A DNA stretch of 64,000 bases from Tubulanus polymorphus (Eukaryota; Animalia; Nemertea). Positions within the stretch are counted from its first letter, which is position 1. Each line of letters opens with the position of its first letter. The notes under the pieces are model-generated. The model saw only the letters and a program-made list of their open reading frames with translations, searched no databases and was not told the origin of the DNA. The position numbers and the translations under genes were made by a program. Of the stretch, positions 1-12,910 are shown one piece after another. Location: assembly GCF_964204645.1 (NCBI RefSeq), contig NC_134033.1:516131-580130 (forward strand), written 5' to 3'.

Positions 1-125
1 GATTTAACAATCTCAACAAATTTCCCTGATTTTTAGCTTTTAAATGAATTCCCTGACTATTCTTTGATTCTTTCAAAGAAGTCCACACTTGTGGATCCGG
101 GGGTCGCGGAAATATAAACTCACTT

Positions 126-3100
126 TTGTAAACTATGCAGCGTATCTAGGTAGGTTTTACATTGTTGTAAAATCGCTTGACGATCGTTGTTGATTCGCAG
201 CGAATGCAACAATTGAATCGTCATCGCTTTCAGTTTCATCTGTCGTACGGTGGCTCCCTCTGACATCGTTAAACCCATATATAACGTGTTCGCTTCTCGA
301 CATAAATCAATAATCTGAAATAAGTATCGAGATTAAATTAACTCGATATTTCATATCAATCCGGCGATAAATCATTGGTGAATATCGAGGTGATATTTTA
401 CCTTCTGCATTGAAGCTGTATCCGACCTAGTTTGAATACAGGCCGGCGCCGACCAGTTCGTACCAGATAATGCCTACAATTTCATTTCATTCATTCAGTT
501 TTCAGTTTCAAATTAGTGAAAATTTCAAAACGCAGGTGAGATGCGGATCCAGGATCCAGCAAGACATGTGCGACTTGCAGAAGCCCATCAAGTTTGTGCT
601 TACTTTATAATTCTTTTTTCGACATCAGGATCAAGTTCTACAGTTCTAAGTTAAAATTTCACTCTTGAGTTAAAACATTGAAAATGAACTAACTTTTGCT
701 CGAAGTTAACTCTAACTCACAACCGTAAAACCAGGCCCAAAGTGTTTCTTTTTTTATGTAATAAGTTCAAGTGTCCTGTTATACATGAAATAAATTGTCA
801 CTAGTAAACCAGCTCTGGGTGTGAACAGATTGATCAGCTGCTCAGAGCGGAAGTCCCCCTCATATTGCCTTTTTAGACATCAAGTGCCTTTTTTGTATGT
901 GACAAGCTCATTTAAAATTGGCCCCTGAATCCGCCACCCCTGATGCTCATTTCTACAAAATTCTTATGAAATCATCAAATTAATGTCCACTTTTCGAGAA
1001 AAGATGTCGATGGCTACAAATCCACCAATGACATCATCAAACTATCTATCGGAGGCCGGTATTTAATACAGACCTTCATTAGTAATAGTTGACTGTTTAA
1101 ATACAATGATTCACATTCAGCTGTTGCCGATAAACTCGGTTCTAAATCTTCAATTCTCTTTAAATCTCTACAAAATGAAATCAGAAATTAAATCGAACTC
1201 ACTTCAGTCGGTCTTCCCTGACCTCTCTCCCTCTTCCCTGATCTCTCTCCCTCGACCTCCCTACCTCATAGTAACCTCCAGTAGTTGCTGCGCCGACCAG
1301 GAATCCATTTTCTCCAGTTCGTCCAGTCGGTCTAAAGTCTGTTTCAGAAACGCGGATATATCGAGATGATTTTTATTGTTGATTTCATTGAGCTGCATTC
1401 CCGGTGAAATTCCCGCTAACTAACAACAATAAAAACACAATCACAGACATTGCATATTACTCTGAAAACTGACTTTATATTTTCACCAAAATTAAATAGA
1501 AACTTTTCTAGAGATATTGACCAGATTCTACAGTTACAGGATCCAGTTCCGCAGTGTTCGTTAACATTTGAACACTTAAACTTTTGAAAAATAACTGATT
1601 TCCTTTGAAAACTTAAATTGAGAACTGTTAAAATTGTTGAAGTTACGTAAATGATTCAGTTTTCATTATGAGAATACCTTTAATTGTGGAACTAACTGTG
1701 GCATGCTACTGCGCAGGTATTTATAATGCCGAAACGTATGTTCGGGGAATAACGCCGATATTGTACGACTGTTACCAACGGCAGCGTTAAATACCAACAA
1801 TAGAACGCTAATATCTGATCACAAAACGCGTCAAGGAACGAAAATATATAATATCAAAAATTGTTTTTCTGATGATTTTGATGCCTCTAAAACCATGACT
1901 TGTGCAAATAGGTCGTTATGGGATTTAGACCGGGTTTATTTATAAATGAAGGATACAAGCTGGATCATCCATGTCTGGTTCAGGAGTATCGAAAAACGGA
2001 TGAGTACTTAGTAAATCTGGGACTAACGGAAGAGTTAAGTCGGGATGATGTTCTCCCAGTAATTTCATACATCTACAAAAGGAAACAACAAATAAATCTA
2101 ATTACAAAATTTCAAAAAGGAAATTCAGTAAGTTGTACGTTTAACGTTTCTTACGTCCAGATGGAAAGTCGATCCTGCGGGTATCGTTTCATGTTGTCTA
2201 GTAGCGCCATCACGCAGGAGTTCAGTGAATCTTTCGTCTCGAGTTTAGCGTGGCCGAATAATTCGTGTAACCCAGCTCGAATATCGAACGTGAAATCCTA
2301 GAAAATATGATGTCATAGGGGGGATTCATGGAGATCCTAGAAAGTATGATGTCGTAGGGAGATTCACGGAGTTCCTAGAAAGTATGATGTAATAGGGAGA
2401 TTCACGGAATTCCTAGAAAGTATGATGTCATAGGGGGATTCATGGAGTTCTTAGAATAAATGATGTCATAGGGTGATTCATGGAATTTCTAGAAAGTATG
2501 ATGTCATAGGGAGATTCATGGAGTTCTTAGAATAAATGATGTCATAGGGGGATTCATGGAATTCCTAGAAAATATGATGTCATAGGGGGATTCATGGAAC
2601 TAGCTTGAGATGATGTCATAGGGAGATTTATGAAAAGGAAGATTCTAGATGAAATAGGTGGATTTCTGATATTACCTTCAATCCACTGAGTATGATATCC
2701 AGTTGATCCTCTCTAAGCGTCAGATAATGACTGATTTTACGCAGACTGTTGATCGCGTTTAAACGAACGGCTTCGATCTCGTCGTTGAACATATCGACGA
2801 GATTATCCTGACACAGACGTGAAAACTGTTCGGAGTTCGTGGCTAATTCACAAACTGAATCGATAGCTGCGTTACGAACCTCTGTGAAATTAAAACACAA
2901 CTTCATTCATTCAACTGATTTAATCTAGGTCCCAGTTTCATTTGTGGCTTATGGCCAAAAATGTTGTTACATCCAAAAATTGGTCTCAAGTTGTTAGATT
3001 GATTATAAGACCAAAATGAGTTTAGACTGGTCTTCAGTTGTTAGATTGGTTATTGAACCAAAATGAGTTCAGACTGGTCTTAAGTGGTTAGATTGGCTAT

Positions 3101-6100
3101 AGAACCAAAATGAGTTTAGACTAGTCTTAAGTTGTTAGATTGGTTATAAAACCAAAATGAGTTTAGACTAGTCTTAAGTTGGTAAATTGGCTGAACTACA
3201 ATGAGCTTGAGACTGATTTGAAGCAGACGCCCCCTGGAGCAGACGCTGAGAACTGATAGTAAACTCACCGAGGAATTCATCCTCTAATCCGTGAACGAAG
3301 GCGCCGCACGCTCCACTGTTTATTAAACTCATACTCTCCTCATTCACCTCCTCTAACGGTTTATCGTCTGCCCATTTCTGACCGGTCGCCCACTCACCGC
3401 GAGTGTAATGTTCTTTCTGCCGCTCGTGAGAACTCATCTTTCTCTGCAAACAACACAAAACTATTCGTTTAACTCTTACTTAAAATCATGTTACATATTC
3501 TTTCCAAAATATTTATATGAAATTGACTTTATATGAAAATTCCACAATTCTGAACCCAGTTCCACAATTCTGAGCCCAGTCATGAGACACCTACCCTCAT
3601 GTTTGACATCAATTTCTTATCCAAAGTCTGATGTAGAAACCGTGCGCTGACTAAATGCATCGATCCCTAAAAACACAAAACGATAATCTTACAGTTTATG
3701 ATCGAAGTGAGGAATCGAGAGAAGACAAATGTGAATCTGACTCACTCACCAGCAGACGCGTCGATTCAGCTCTGACCTCCATCTCAAGGTCGTTGATCAT
3801 GTTGCAAATCTTACCGAATCCGTCGTCGACCAAACGTATTGATTCACCTTTATCTTCTAATTCTATCAGACTGAAAACAACAATAAACAAAAGATATAGA
3901 TTATCAGATAGACAGTGCTTAAATAGAACGGGATTAATTATAAACTAAGGGCTGGGTTTCATAGATGTGGAAGAAAAATAGTCCCTGGGAACATTTTGAA
4001 ATTTGTCAGTTATAACCATGGTTTCTCATTGTTACTATGGTGGTTGTTACCCTGATTGAGGATTTACCCCTAGGGATTACTTTGATACTCAGTCTATGAA
4101 ACCTGGCAAAGGAGTTAGGGGTCCATGAGATAAATAGGCGTAGATAGTAGAGACTATTTCTAGTCTGGATTCTAGTTGGTTCACCCACAATGTTAATTCA
4201 AAAAATAATTGTTATTATTTTTGTTCATATTTTTTCAAATAAATCTCTGAAGATGGCTGGAAGTAATCCTCCCAAAACGTCAGAACAAAAATCATAATTG
4301 TTTGTTGAATTTACATTGTGGGTGAAATAACTAAGATAAATAGGCATTTTGCTCAAATTAAAGGAGTTTCAAGCATCTTTAAAAGCATTTTCTATTTGGA
4401 AGGAGATTTTAAGAAATCATGGAGTCATCCGAAACCTGCTATCAGAAACAAATCAATGATTTTCTGTTTAATTGCGTCAAACCTTTCAGGGTAGAGATGA
4501 CTCATCACCCAAATCAGTCTCGTTACCGCCAGGCGAACTCCTTTATAATCATCATTCAACGCGGGCGCGAGTTCCTCGTATAGCTTACGCTCCAGTTTAA
4601 TACCACGCTGGTGCCATGACAACTACAACAATACCACATCGTTATTAAACAACTCATTTTGATTACATCAACAAAGTTTTGATGATTCGATATATTTGTC
4701 TTACGAGAGCTTGTAAAGCGCTGGTTCGAACTCGAGAGTCTCGGTCGTGCGAATAATCACTGAGGGTCATCTGTAGACATTCACCGCCTCGTCCACCACC
4801 AGGGGGCGTCGCAGTTGATTCATCGTTTAATTTCGGTGATCCGAGGGTGCCGATAATCTCCAGACAACGACATCGCACCAGATGACTGCTGTCCTTCAGG
4901 TGCTGCAAAATAAATAGTTCAGATGCGTGTTTACTATTAGAATCAGGCCCACGGACCCTGCCTAGGGCTGCCCTAGTTTCTGGAGTTTTCACTATAAGAA
5001 TCGAGCCCACGGACCCTGCCCATAGCCCTGGGCTGACCCAGTGTCCGGGGTTTTCACCTGTGAAGTCAATGAAATCAGTTTCTGATGAAGTTTTTTATCG
5101 TGTGACAAAATTTTTCCGATTTGTTTCAAACTGTTGAGAATTTCAGCGATCACTTTATGAGATTCTAGAAAAAAATAAAAACAGAAAACATTTTATCCAC
5201 AATTTCGGAATGAAATACACACATTTAACGTATTTCTGTGATGTTTGAAGGTTTAGAGAAAACATTGAATTTCATCTTCGAAATCAATGTTTTATAAATT
5301 TCAACTTTCATTTTTCTGTCCCTCTTCAAACTATCTGAACGAGCAAAGCTTCAACAAGTTCAGACCCAAAACAGTGAGAGGTTTTTGAAGCGAGTTTTTA
5401 TAAGGTTTAAAGCCAGTTCTACTGTTGATGGACAAAACAGTTTGCAAATATTGGACATTGACAAATCTAACGTCTCCTGAACTGGGTCCAGAACTGTGGA
5501 ACTGGATCCAGATCAGTTGAACTGAGTCCAGAAATGTGGAACTGAGTCCAGAAATGTGGAACTGGATCCAGAACTGTGGAACTGGGTTCAGTAACTGGAA
5601 TTGAGTCCAGAACTGTTGGACTGAATCAAGACATATGGAACTGAGTCGAGAACTGTGGAACTCTGGATCCAGAACTGAGTCCAGAACTGTGGAACTGGAT
5701 CCAGAACTGAGTCCAGAACTGTGGAACTGGATCCAGAACTGAGTCCAGACCTGTTAGGCCTCTAAAGAGATTAAGGTAACTTACTCTCAGTTTTAAGGAA
5801 TGTAATGAATTCAGTGATGAGAGAATTCGGATTAAAACCAGGAGTTTTACACAATTCTCCCAGTAACGAGACGACCTTGACTTTAATCACCGATTCCTCT
5901 TTGTAAAACAGTTCGATCAGCTGACCGCTGGTTTTCTGAGCGGAATCGACCGGTAGTGGAAGATTCTCCGATAGAGTTAATAAAACACCGAGCACCTCGT
6001 GAGGATTGGAACATCCTCGCGCGTCGAACGAGTACTCGCTCAAACGAGGTTTATGAACTAGTTTTAATCTTTTGACGGGTGGCTTCGGTTCCTCCTAAAA

Positions 6101-6540
6101 ACAACAACATTTCGGGTAGTTAATTACAGAAAATATCCGATCATGAAACTAATCAAAGAGTGAACTCATTGACTACATTCTGGGGAATGCGCCGCCACAA
6201 GAAGATGTGGACTGGTATGTCTGCAGTTTAGGTGTCCCGACCGAAGATATGAACATATAAATGATTTTTAACCTTTAGCAATACTAGATCATCATCAGAT
6301 TGATGACTGACAATAAAATTGAAGTGAACAGTTCGAATTTAATTTGTCTTGATTTGAGATTTATTTTAAAATCGATTTTACGGCGAAATTCAACTCTCAA
6401 ATTCAATTTTAACAAATAAAATATGTTTGAATAATCTATTTCTATATTCTAACGAATAAAGGATGTAATTTCGAGGCTGTTTTTACCTGTATTACTTGAC
6501 TATATTCTGCTAAAGCTCTTTTCTTTAAAAGAGCCGCCAT
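126..6540 (-). CDS. INTS4: Integrator complex subunit 4 (HEAT-repeat), multi-exon, 3' end beyond left edge of window
   Basis: Exon 1 6540-6487 gives [18 protein letters not shown], resembling the vertebrate INTS4 N-terminus. Next exons: 6094-5785, 5164-5058, 4902-4705, ~4622-4484, then further GT-AG exons near 3750-3870, 3595-3665, 3270-3443, 2676-2882, 2155-2297, 1930-2070, 1677-1815, 1268-1418, 403-474 and 126-315 (approximate). Hallmark peptides: [50 protein letters not shown]. Confidence 0.93.
2296..2630. repeat. ~40-bp intronic minisatellite (cctagaaagtatgatgtcatagggggattcatggaatt)
   Basis: About 8 imperfect tandem units. The gatgtcataggggga core recurs at 14150-14220 and 53310-53430. 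Confidence 0.85.
2930..3215. repeat. 44-bp satellite family copy (ttaagttgttagattggttatagaaccaaaatgagtttagactggtc)
   Basis: About 5 units, same family as 43916-44703 and 54010-54640. Confidence 0.85.
4180..4326 (+). mobile_element. Degenerate Penelope-type hammerhead motif enclosed by inverted repeats
   Basis: TCT-CTGAAGA-TGG...CC-CAAAA-CGTC-AGA at 4244-4284 (GAAA mutated). Flanks ttcacccacaatgttaattcaa (4180) and ttgaatttacattgtgggtgaa (to 4326) are inverted repeats. Confidence 0.5.
5478..5750. repeat. gaactgtggaactggatcca-type tandem repeat (duplicate at ~9865-10150)
   Basis: Short imperfect 10/20-bp units in INTS4 intron 2. Confidence 0.8.
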
Positions 6541-7396
6541 TTTGAATTTAGTTGTGCTAAGTACCGATGTAAAATCGGGGACATAGCTCGCCTGGGAGGG
6601 CCAGTTCTAAAGTACGCGCAGATCTATGGCGCAATAGACTCTGGTATAAGCGCTCCGAGCACCAAACTAGAGTCTACGCAGTGGTAACCGCGGCGAGTAT
6701 AACGTGCCACTCCGAGTCGATACTGGAGATGGCGGTAATATAGCGCGGCGACTCATTCACCGCCCCGGGCAGAAACTAGAGAGCGTGCGCAATAGGCGCA
6801 ACGAAATCAGGCCCGCTCCGATTTACATATTTACGAAACAATTAGTTTATCAAAATCACAGAAACAGGAAGAATCTAATTCCCTTTTGAGTCAAAAAGAC
6901 GCGGAAATACCCCGTGAATTTTTTCGGAAAATCCCACCGTGTAAAAGCAATGAAAATATATCGAAATCATTTACGCCGCCGGCACCGGTCGCAAAAAGAT
7001 TTCTTTTGCCTGATGCAACACGAAAAAAGTCACATAAAAATCTGTTTGAATCCAGATGTATTTCATCAGTAGATCCGTCCATTGATGATAATAAACCTAC
7101 AATTAACTTCCAATCCAATCAGCCCCGAATGCCGAGGTCTATAGTTTGTAAAGCGAAACAAACAAACAAAGGCACCAGTCAGTAAAGATTATTAAATATT
7201 TATTTTTATTCTGTACAATGTTTGAACCGGACTGAGTGTGATTTACAAAATAAACTAGAAATATAACTGTATTTTACATCTTCAATACCGTTTATTGTTT
7301 CCAACAATAGGAACTGTTTTAGCACCATGACGAAGCAGGAAGAGTTTGTAGTTTGAAATCGACGGGTCGTCTGCAACCGGAATTTATAGTTCATTC

Positions 7397-8695
7397 TTAA
7401 TTCACTGACTTTCTGAAAACAATGTTTACAATGAAATACATGTAGCTAACCGAGTCCAAGAAAGTTATCCGATTCCAGATTTTAGTCTTTGATGATCCGT
7501 TTTATCTCAAATTTTGAATCGAATTTTTTCGACGGCGGCAAAAATTTTACTCACTCTTCCAAAGCTTTTTCTAGAAGTCGTCTCTTTCTAGCGGAACGGT
7601 TTAAGACTCCACCGCGAGCTGCATCGACCAGGTATAACAATACACCAGCTATCAGAGACACTGAAATACATATAAACATATCATCATTGTAAACCGTGAA
7701 CAGTTAAATACACCCCGGGCTGGCCACTTTTATTTGACTTGCTTATCCCCCCAACTATTCCCTGACATACAAGTTGTTTTCCCCTGAATTGATCTGCTAA
7801 GAACCCCATTAATTAACACAAGTAAAATGCGTAAGATATAGATGGAAAACTGATTTTACGCGCGATCTAGCTTTAGTTATTTTGTTTTAGTTATGGCTAA
7901 GTTTTACTTTATTTACTAAAGGAGAATTTGGACGATTTTTAGCCCCCTATTTCCCATCCACGGCTGCTAACGTACTACATTATCTTGTCAAGTCAACGTA
8001 ATCAAATGCTCGCTAAATTAAATGAATTTTTCGCTTACCGATGAATAGCGTAACTCCTAAACAAGTGTAACCTTCATAAAACTGAGACATCAGTTTATAA
8101 AGAGGTTGCATTACGTTCATATTGACAGTGCTGCCCTGAAATAACAACAAACATTATTCAATATCGAATTAAATCGGTGAAATAGAAAGAATAGACTTTA
8201 AATCTAATATACTTACAACTCGAGAGAAACTCAACTGTAATCCAAACACCATGTTTAATTCTTTTCCTTTAAACCAATCAACAGCGTACGTGTTCTGAGC
8301 TACGGCTAAAGACTCACCACCAACACTAAACACAAAATACATCATCATCATTACAAATATCAGTTATAGGCTACTGCGGGAAGTGAGGGCCCACCAGGTG
8401 TCGCTAGTGAGCTACGACTAAAGACTCACCACCAACACTAGACACAAAATACATCATCATCATTAGAAATATCAGTTATAGGCTACTGCTGGAAGTGAGG
8501 GCCCACCAGGTGTCGCTAGTGAGCTACGGCCAAAGACTCACCACCAACACCAGACACCATCATTGATTAACAGGATGATGAGATCCATTATAAGCGGATT
8601 GTAACCCATCGCGCCAATAAAACTTACCCGAAAATAAACCGGGCTAAATCCATGAGCCATAAAGATTTCAGTAGAGCTCCAGTTGCGAATAACAC
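7397..8695 (-). pseudogene. MFSD1: Partial MFSD1 (lysosomal MFS transporter): mid exons joined to C-terminal exons, 5' exons and ~200 internal residues absent
   Basis: Exons 8695-8628 (VLFATGALLKSLWLMDLARFIFG), 8325-8217 (VGGESLAVAQNTYAVDWFKGKELNMVFGLQLSFSRV), 8135-8039 (GSTVNMNVMQPLY...GVTLFI), 7660-7555 (VSLIAGVLLYLVDAARGGVLNRSARKRR) and 7412-7397 (EKSVN*). GGESLAVAQNTYAV and GGxLNxSAR are MFSD1 hallmarks from memory of the family. All splice phases are compatible. Confidence 0.8.
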
Positions 8696-8868
8696 CTGAA
8701 ATATCAAGAGACTAGAAATACACCACTCCCAATGCTGTCCAATTTCAAAACCGAAGAGGAGTTGTTGACATAAGATTTACTATCAATGGCCATGGTAGTT
8801 AATTACTGAAAATATCCGAACCTGCTATCAGAAACAAATCAATGATTTTCTGTTTAATCGCGTCAAAC

Positions 8869-10941
8869 CTTTCAGGGTAGAGATGACTCATCACCCAAAT
8901 CAGTCTCGTTACCGCCAGGCGAACTCCTTTATAATCATCATTCAACGCGGGCGCGAGTTCCTCGTATAGCTTACGCTCCAGTTTAATACCACGCTGGTGC
9001 CATGACAACGACAACAATACCACATCGTTATTAAACAACTCATTTTGATTACGTCAACAAAGTTTTGATAAATCGATATATTTCTCTTACGAGAGCTTGT
9101 AAAGCGCTGGTTCGAACTCGAGAGTCTCGGTCGTGTGAATAATCACTGAGGGTCATCTGTAGACATTCACCGCCTCGTCCACCACCAGGGGGCGTCGTAG
9201 TTGATTCATCGTTTAATTTTGGTGATCCGAGGGTGCCGATAATCTCCAGACAACGACATCGCACCAGATGACTGCTGTCCTTCAGGTGCTGCAAAATAAA
9301 TAGTTCAGATGCATGTTTACTATTAGAATCAGGCCCACGGACCCTGCCTAGGGCTGCCCCAGTTTCTGGAGTTTTCACAATTAGAATCGAGCCCACGGAC
9401 CCTGCCCATAGCCCTGGGCTGACCCAGTGTCCGGGGTTTTCACCTGTGAAGTCAATGAAATCAGTTTCTGATGAAGTTTTTTATCGTGTGACAAAATTCT
9501 TCCGATTTGTTTCAAACTGTTGAGAATTTCAGCGATCACTTTATGAGATTCTAGAAAAAAATAAAAACAGAAAACATTTTATCGACAATTTCGGAATAAA
9601 ATACACACATTTAACGTATTTCAGTGATGTTTGAAGGTTTAGAGAAAATATTGAATTTCATCTCTGAAATCAATGTTTTATAAATTTCAACCTTCATTTT
9701 TCTGTCCCTCTTCAAACTATCTGAACGAGTAAAGCTTCAACAAGTTCAGACCCAAAACAGTGAGAGGTTTTTGAAGCGAGTTTTTATAAGGTTTAAAGCC
9801 AGTTCTACTGTTGATGGACAAAACAGTTTACAAATATTGGACATTGACAAATCTACCGTCTCCTGAACTGGGTCCAGAACTGTGGAACTTGGGGTTTATT
9901 TTACTGTGGATCCTGAAATGTGGAATTGAGTCCAGAAGGTTAACGTGGAACTGGTTCCTGAACTGTGGAACTGGATTCAGTAACTGTGGGATTGGGTCCA
10001 GAACTGTTGGACTGAATCAAGACATGTGGAACTGGACCAAGAAATGTGGAACTGGATCCAGAACTGGGTCCAGAACTGAGTCCAGAACTGTGGAACTGGA
10101 TCCAGAACTGAGTCCAGAACTGTGGAACTGGATCCAGAACTGAGTCCAGACCTGTTAGGCCTCTAAAGAGATAAAGGTAACTTACTCTCAGTTTTAAGGA
10201 ATGTTATGAATTCAGTGATGAGAGAATTCGGATTAAAACCAGGAGTTTTACACAATTCTCCAAGTATCGAGACGACCTTGACTTTAATCACCGATTCCTC
10301 TTTGTAAAACAGTTCGATCAGCTGACCGCTGGTTTTCTGAGCGGAATCGACCGGTAGTGGAAGATTCTCCGATAGAGTTAATAAAACACCGAGCACCTCG
10401 TGAGGATTGGAACATCCTCGAGCGTCGAACGAGTACTCGCTCAAACGAGGTTTATGAACTAGTTTTAATCTTTTGACGGGTGGCTTCGGTTCCTCCTAAA
10501 AACAACAATATTTCGGGTAGTTAAGTACTGAAAATATCCGATCATGAAACTAATCAAAGAGTGAACTCATTGACTACATTCTGGGGAATGCGCCGCCCCA
10601 AGAAGATGTGGACTGGTATGTCTGCAGTTTAGGTGTCCCAACCGAAGATATGAACATATAAATGATATCTAACCTTTAGCAATACTAGATCATCATCAGA
10701 TTGATGACTGACAATAAAATTGAAGTGAACAGTTCGAATTTAATTTGTCTTGATTTGAGATTCATTTTAAAATCGATTTTACGGCGAAATTCAACTCTCA
10801 AATTCAATTTTAACAAATAAAATATGTTTGAATAATCTATTTCTATATTCTAACGAATAAAAGATGTAATTTCGAGGCTGTTTTTACCTGTATTACTTGA
10901 CTATATTCTGCTAAAGCTCTTTTCTTTAAAAGAGCCGCCAT
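8869..10941 (-). pseudogene. INTS4: Truncated duplicate of INTS4 exons 1-5 (exon 5 acceptor mutated)
   Basis: Exons 10941-10888, 10495-10186, 9550-9444 and 9288-9091 are intact. The exon 5 acceptor is AG>CG at 9010. No INTS4 exon 6 follows. Confidence 0.85.
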
Positions 10942-11798
10942 TTTGAATTTAGTTGTGCTAAGTACCGATGTAAAATCGGGGACATAGCTCGCCTGGGAGG
11001 GCCAGTTCTAAAGTACGCGCAGATCTATGGCGCCAAAGACTCTGGTATAAGCGCTCCGAGCACCAAACTAGAGTCTACGCAGTGGTAACCGCGGCGAGTA
11101 TAACGTGCCACTCCGAGTCGATACTGGAGATGGCGGTAATATAGCGCGGCGACTCATTCACCGCCCCGGGCAGTAACTAGAGAGCGTGCGCAATAGGCGC
11201 AACGAAATCAGGCCCGCTCCGATTTACATATTTACGAAACAATTAGTTTATCAAAATCACAGAAACAGGTAGAATCTAATTCCCTTTTGAGTCAAAAAGA
11301 CGCAGAAAATACCCCGTGAATTTTTTCGGAAAATCCCACCGTGTAAAAGCAATGAAAATATATCGAAATCATTTACGCCGCCGGCACCGGCCGCAAAAAG
11401 ATTTCTTGTGCCTGATGTAACACGAAATAAGTCACATAAAAATCTGTTTGAATCCAGATGTATTTCATCAGTAGATCCGTCCATTGATGATAATACACCT
11501 ACAATTACATTCCAATCCAATCAGCCCCGAATCCCGAGGTCTATAGTTTGTAAAGCGAAACAAACAAACAAAGGCACCAGTCAGTAAAGATGATTAAATA
11601 TTTATTTTTATTCTGTACAATGTTTGAACCGGACTGAGTGTGATTTACAAAATAAACTAGAAATATAACTGTATTTTACATCTTCAATACCGTTTATTGT
11701 TTCCAACAATAGGAACTGTTTTAGCACCATGACGAAGCAGGAAGAGTTTGTAGTTTGAAATCGACGGGTCGTCTGCTACCGGAATTTATAGTTCATTC

Positions 11799-12062
11799 TT
11801 AATTCACTGACTTTCTGAAAACAATGTTTACATTGAAATACATGTAGGTAACCGAGTCCAAGAAAGTTATCCGATTCCAGATTTTAGTCTTTGATGATTT
11901 GTTTTATCTCAAATTTTGAATCGAATTTTTTCGACGGCGGCAAAAATTTTACTCACTCTTCCAAAGCTTTTTCTAGAAGTCGTCTCTTTCTAGCGGAACG
12001 GTTTAAGACTCCACCACGAGCTGCATCAACCAGGTATAATAATACACCAGCTATCAGAGACA
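11799..12062 (-). pseudogene. MFSD1: Duplicate of the last two MFSD1 exons, cut off upstream by a LINE fragment
   Basis: Copy of 7397-7660. Homology ends at ~12121, where the L2-like sequence begins. Confidence 0.75.
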
Positions 12063-12124
12063 CTGAAATACATATAAATATATCATCATTGTACCCCCCT
12101 GTGAACAGTTAAATACACCCCGCT

Positions 12125-12910
12125 TTAGGTCCAGCAACACGACTGTTATTAAGTTTAACTAAAATTGTTGTGTCATTGCTAGATCTAAGAGGTCGACTTG
12201 GAACATACCTAGTTAAAAGACTCTGCAAGTACACCAGTACCATTAAGACATTTATAGACAATTAATAACATTTTAAAATTTACTCTATCTAAAATGGGCA
12301 GCCAGTGCAAATCACGTAAAATAGGAGTAATATGGTCATTTTTTCTAGCCCTAGCAATTAAACGAGCAACATTATTTATTACAGTTGCAGTTTTTTTTTT
12401 TAAATATCAGACGCAGATGTACCAGCCAACAGAGAGTTTGCATAGTCTAGCCTGGAAACCACTAAAGAGTTAACAGCATTTTTACACGTTTGGTCATCCA
12501 GAAGGTGACGAATTTTGCTAATGCAATAAAGATGATAATTTGATACGCATTATTGATACGACCTGACATTGACATGTCCTGGTCAAACAATACACCCCTA
12601 GATTATTAATTACTTTACTAGGTTGAATCTCATCATCATCAATTTGCAAAACAATATCACTCGGTAATTTTTTGCGAGCTTGAGGGGACGCCAGTACAGC
12701 GAAGTCAGTTTTATCGCCATTAGCCTTAAGTTTATTCACATGCATCCAGTTAAAGACTGACTGAATTACTGAGTACAGACAGCGCTTCATATACACTTGC
12801 TCGATGTTGTTGGGATTAACAAACTTGTACACAACTGGTTGTCATCAGCATATGGTAAGGATGATTAAAAGACCTTATAATTTTACCAATAGGCTGCGTA
12901 TACAATGTAA
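12125..12910 (-). mobile_element. Decayed L2/Crack-type LINE reverse transcriptase fragment
   Basis: Minus strand reads YADDNQLY, WMHVNKLKANGDKTDF, NLGV, SRLDYANSLL and DHITPILRDLHWLPILDRVNFK, with frameshifts. Confidence 0.85.

Larger units (their letters stand above)
4426..12121. repeat. Segmental tandem duplication: ~4426-7715 repeated at ~8814-12121
   Basis: Near-identical sequence at an offset of ~4390-4400 bp, covering INTS4 exons 1-5, the INTS4 promoter and the last two MFSD1 exons. Scattered substitutions and small indels separate the copies. Confidence 0.95.

Noticed and set aside
6140-6310. Possible C/D box snoRNA in INTS4 intron 1 (minus-strand ATGATGA at ~6296)
   Set aside because: No convincing CTGA D box or terminal stem, and I recognise no guide complementarity. 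snoscan would be needed.
6704-7692. Short ORFs between INTS4 and MFSD1 (and duplicates at 11257-12112)
   Set aside because: Not frame-conserved between the duplicate copies, or antisense to MFSD1 exons, with no recognisable motifs.
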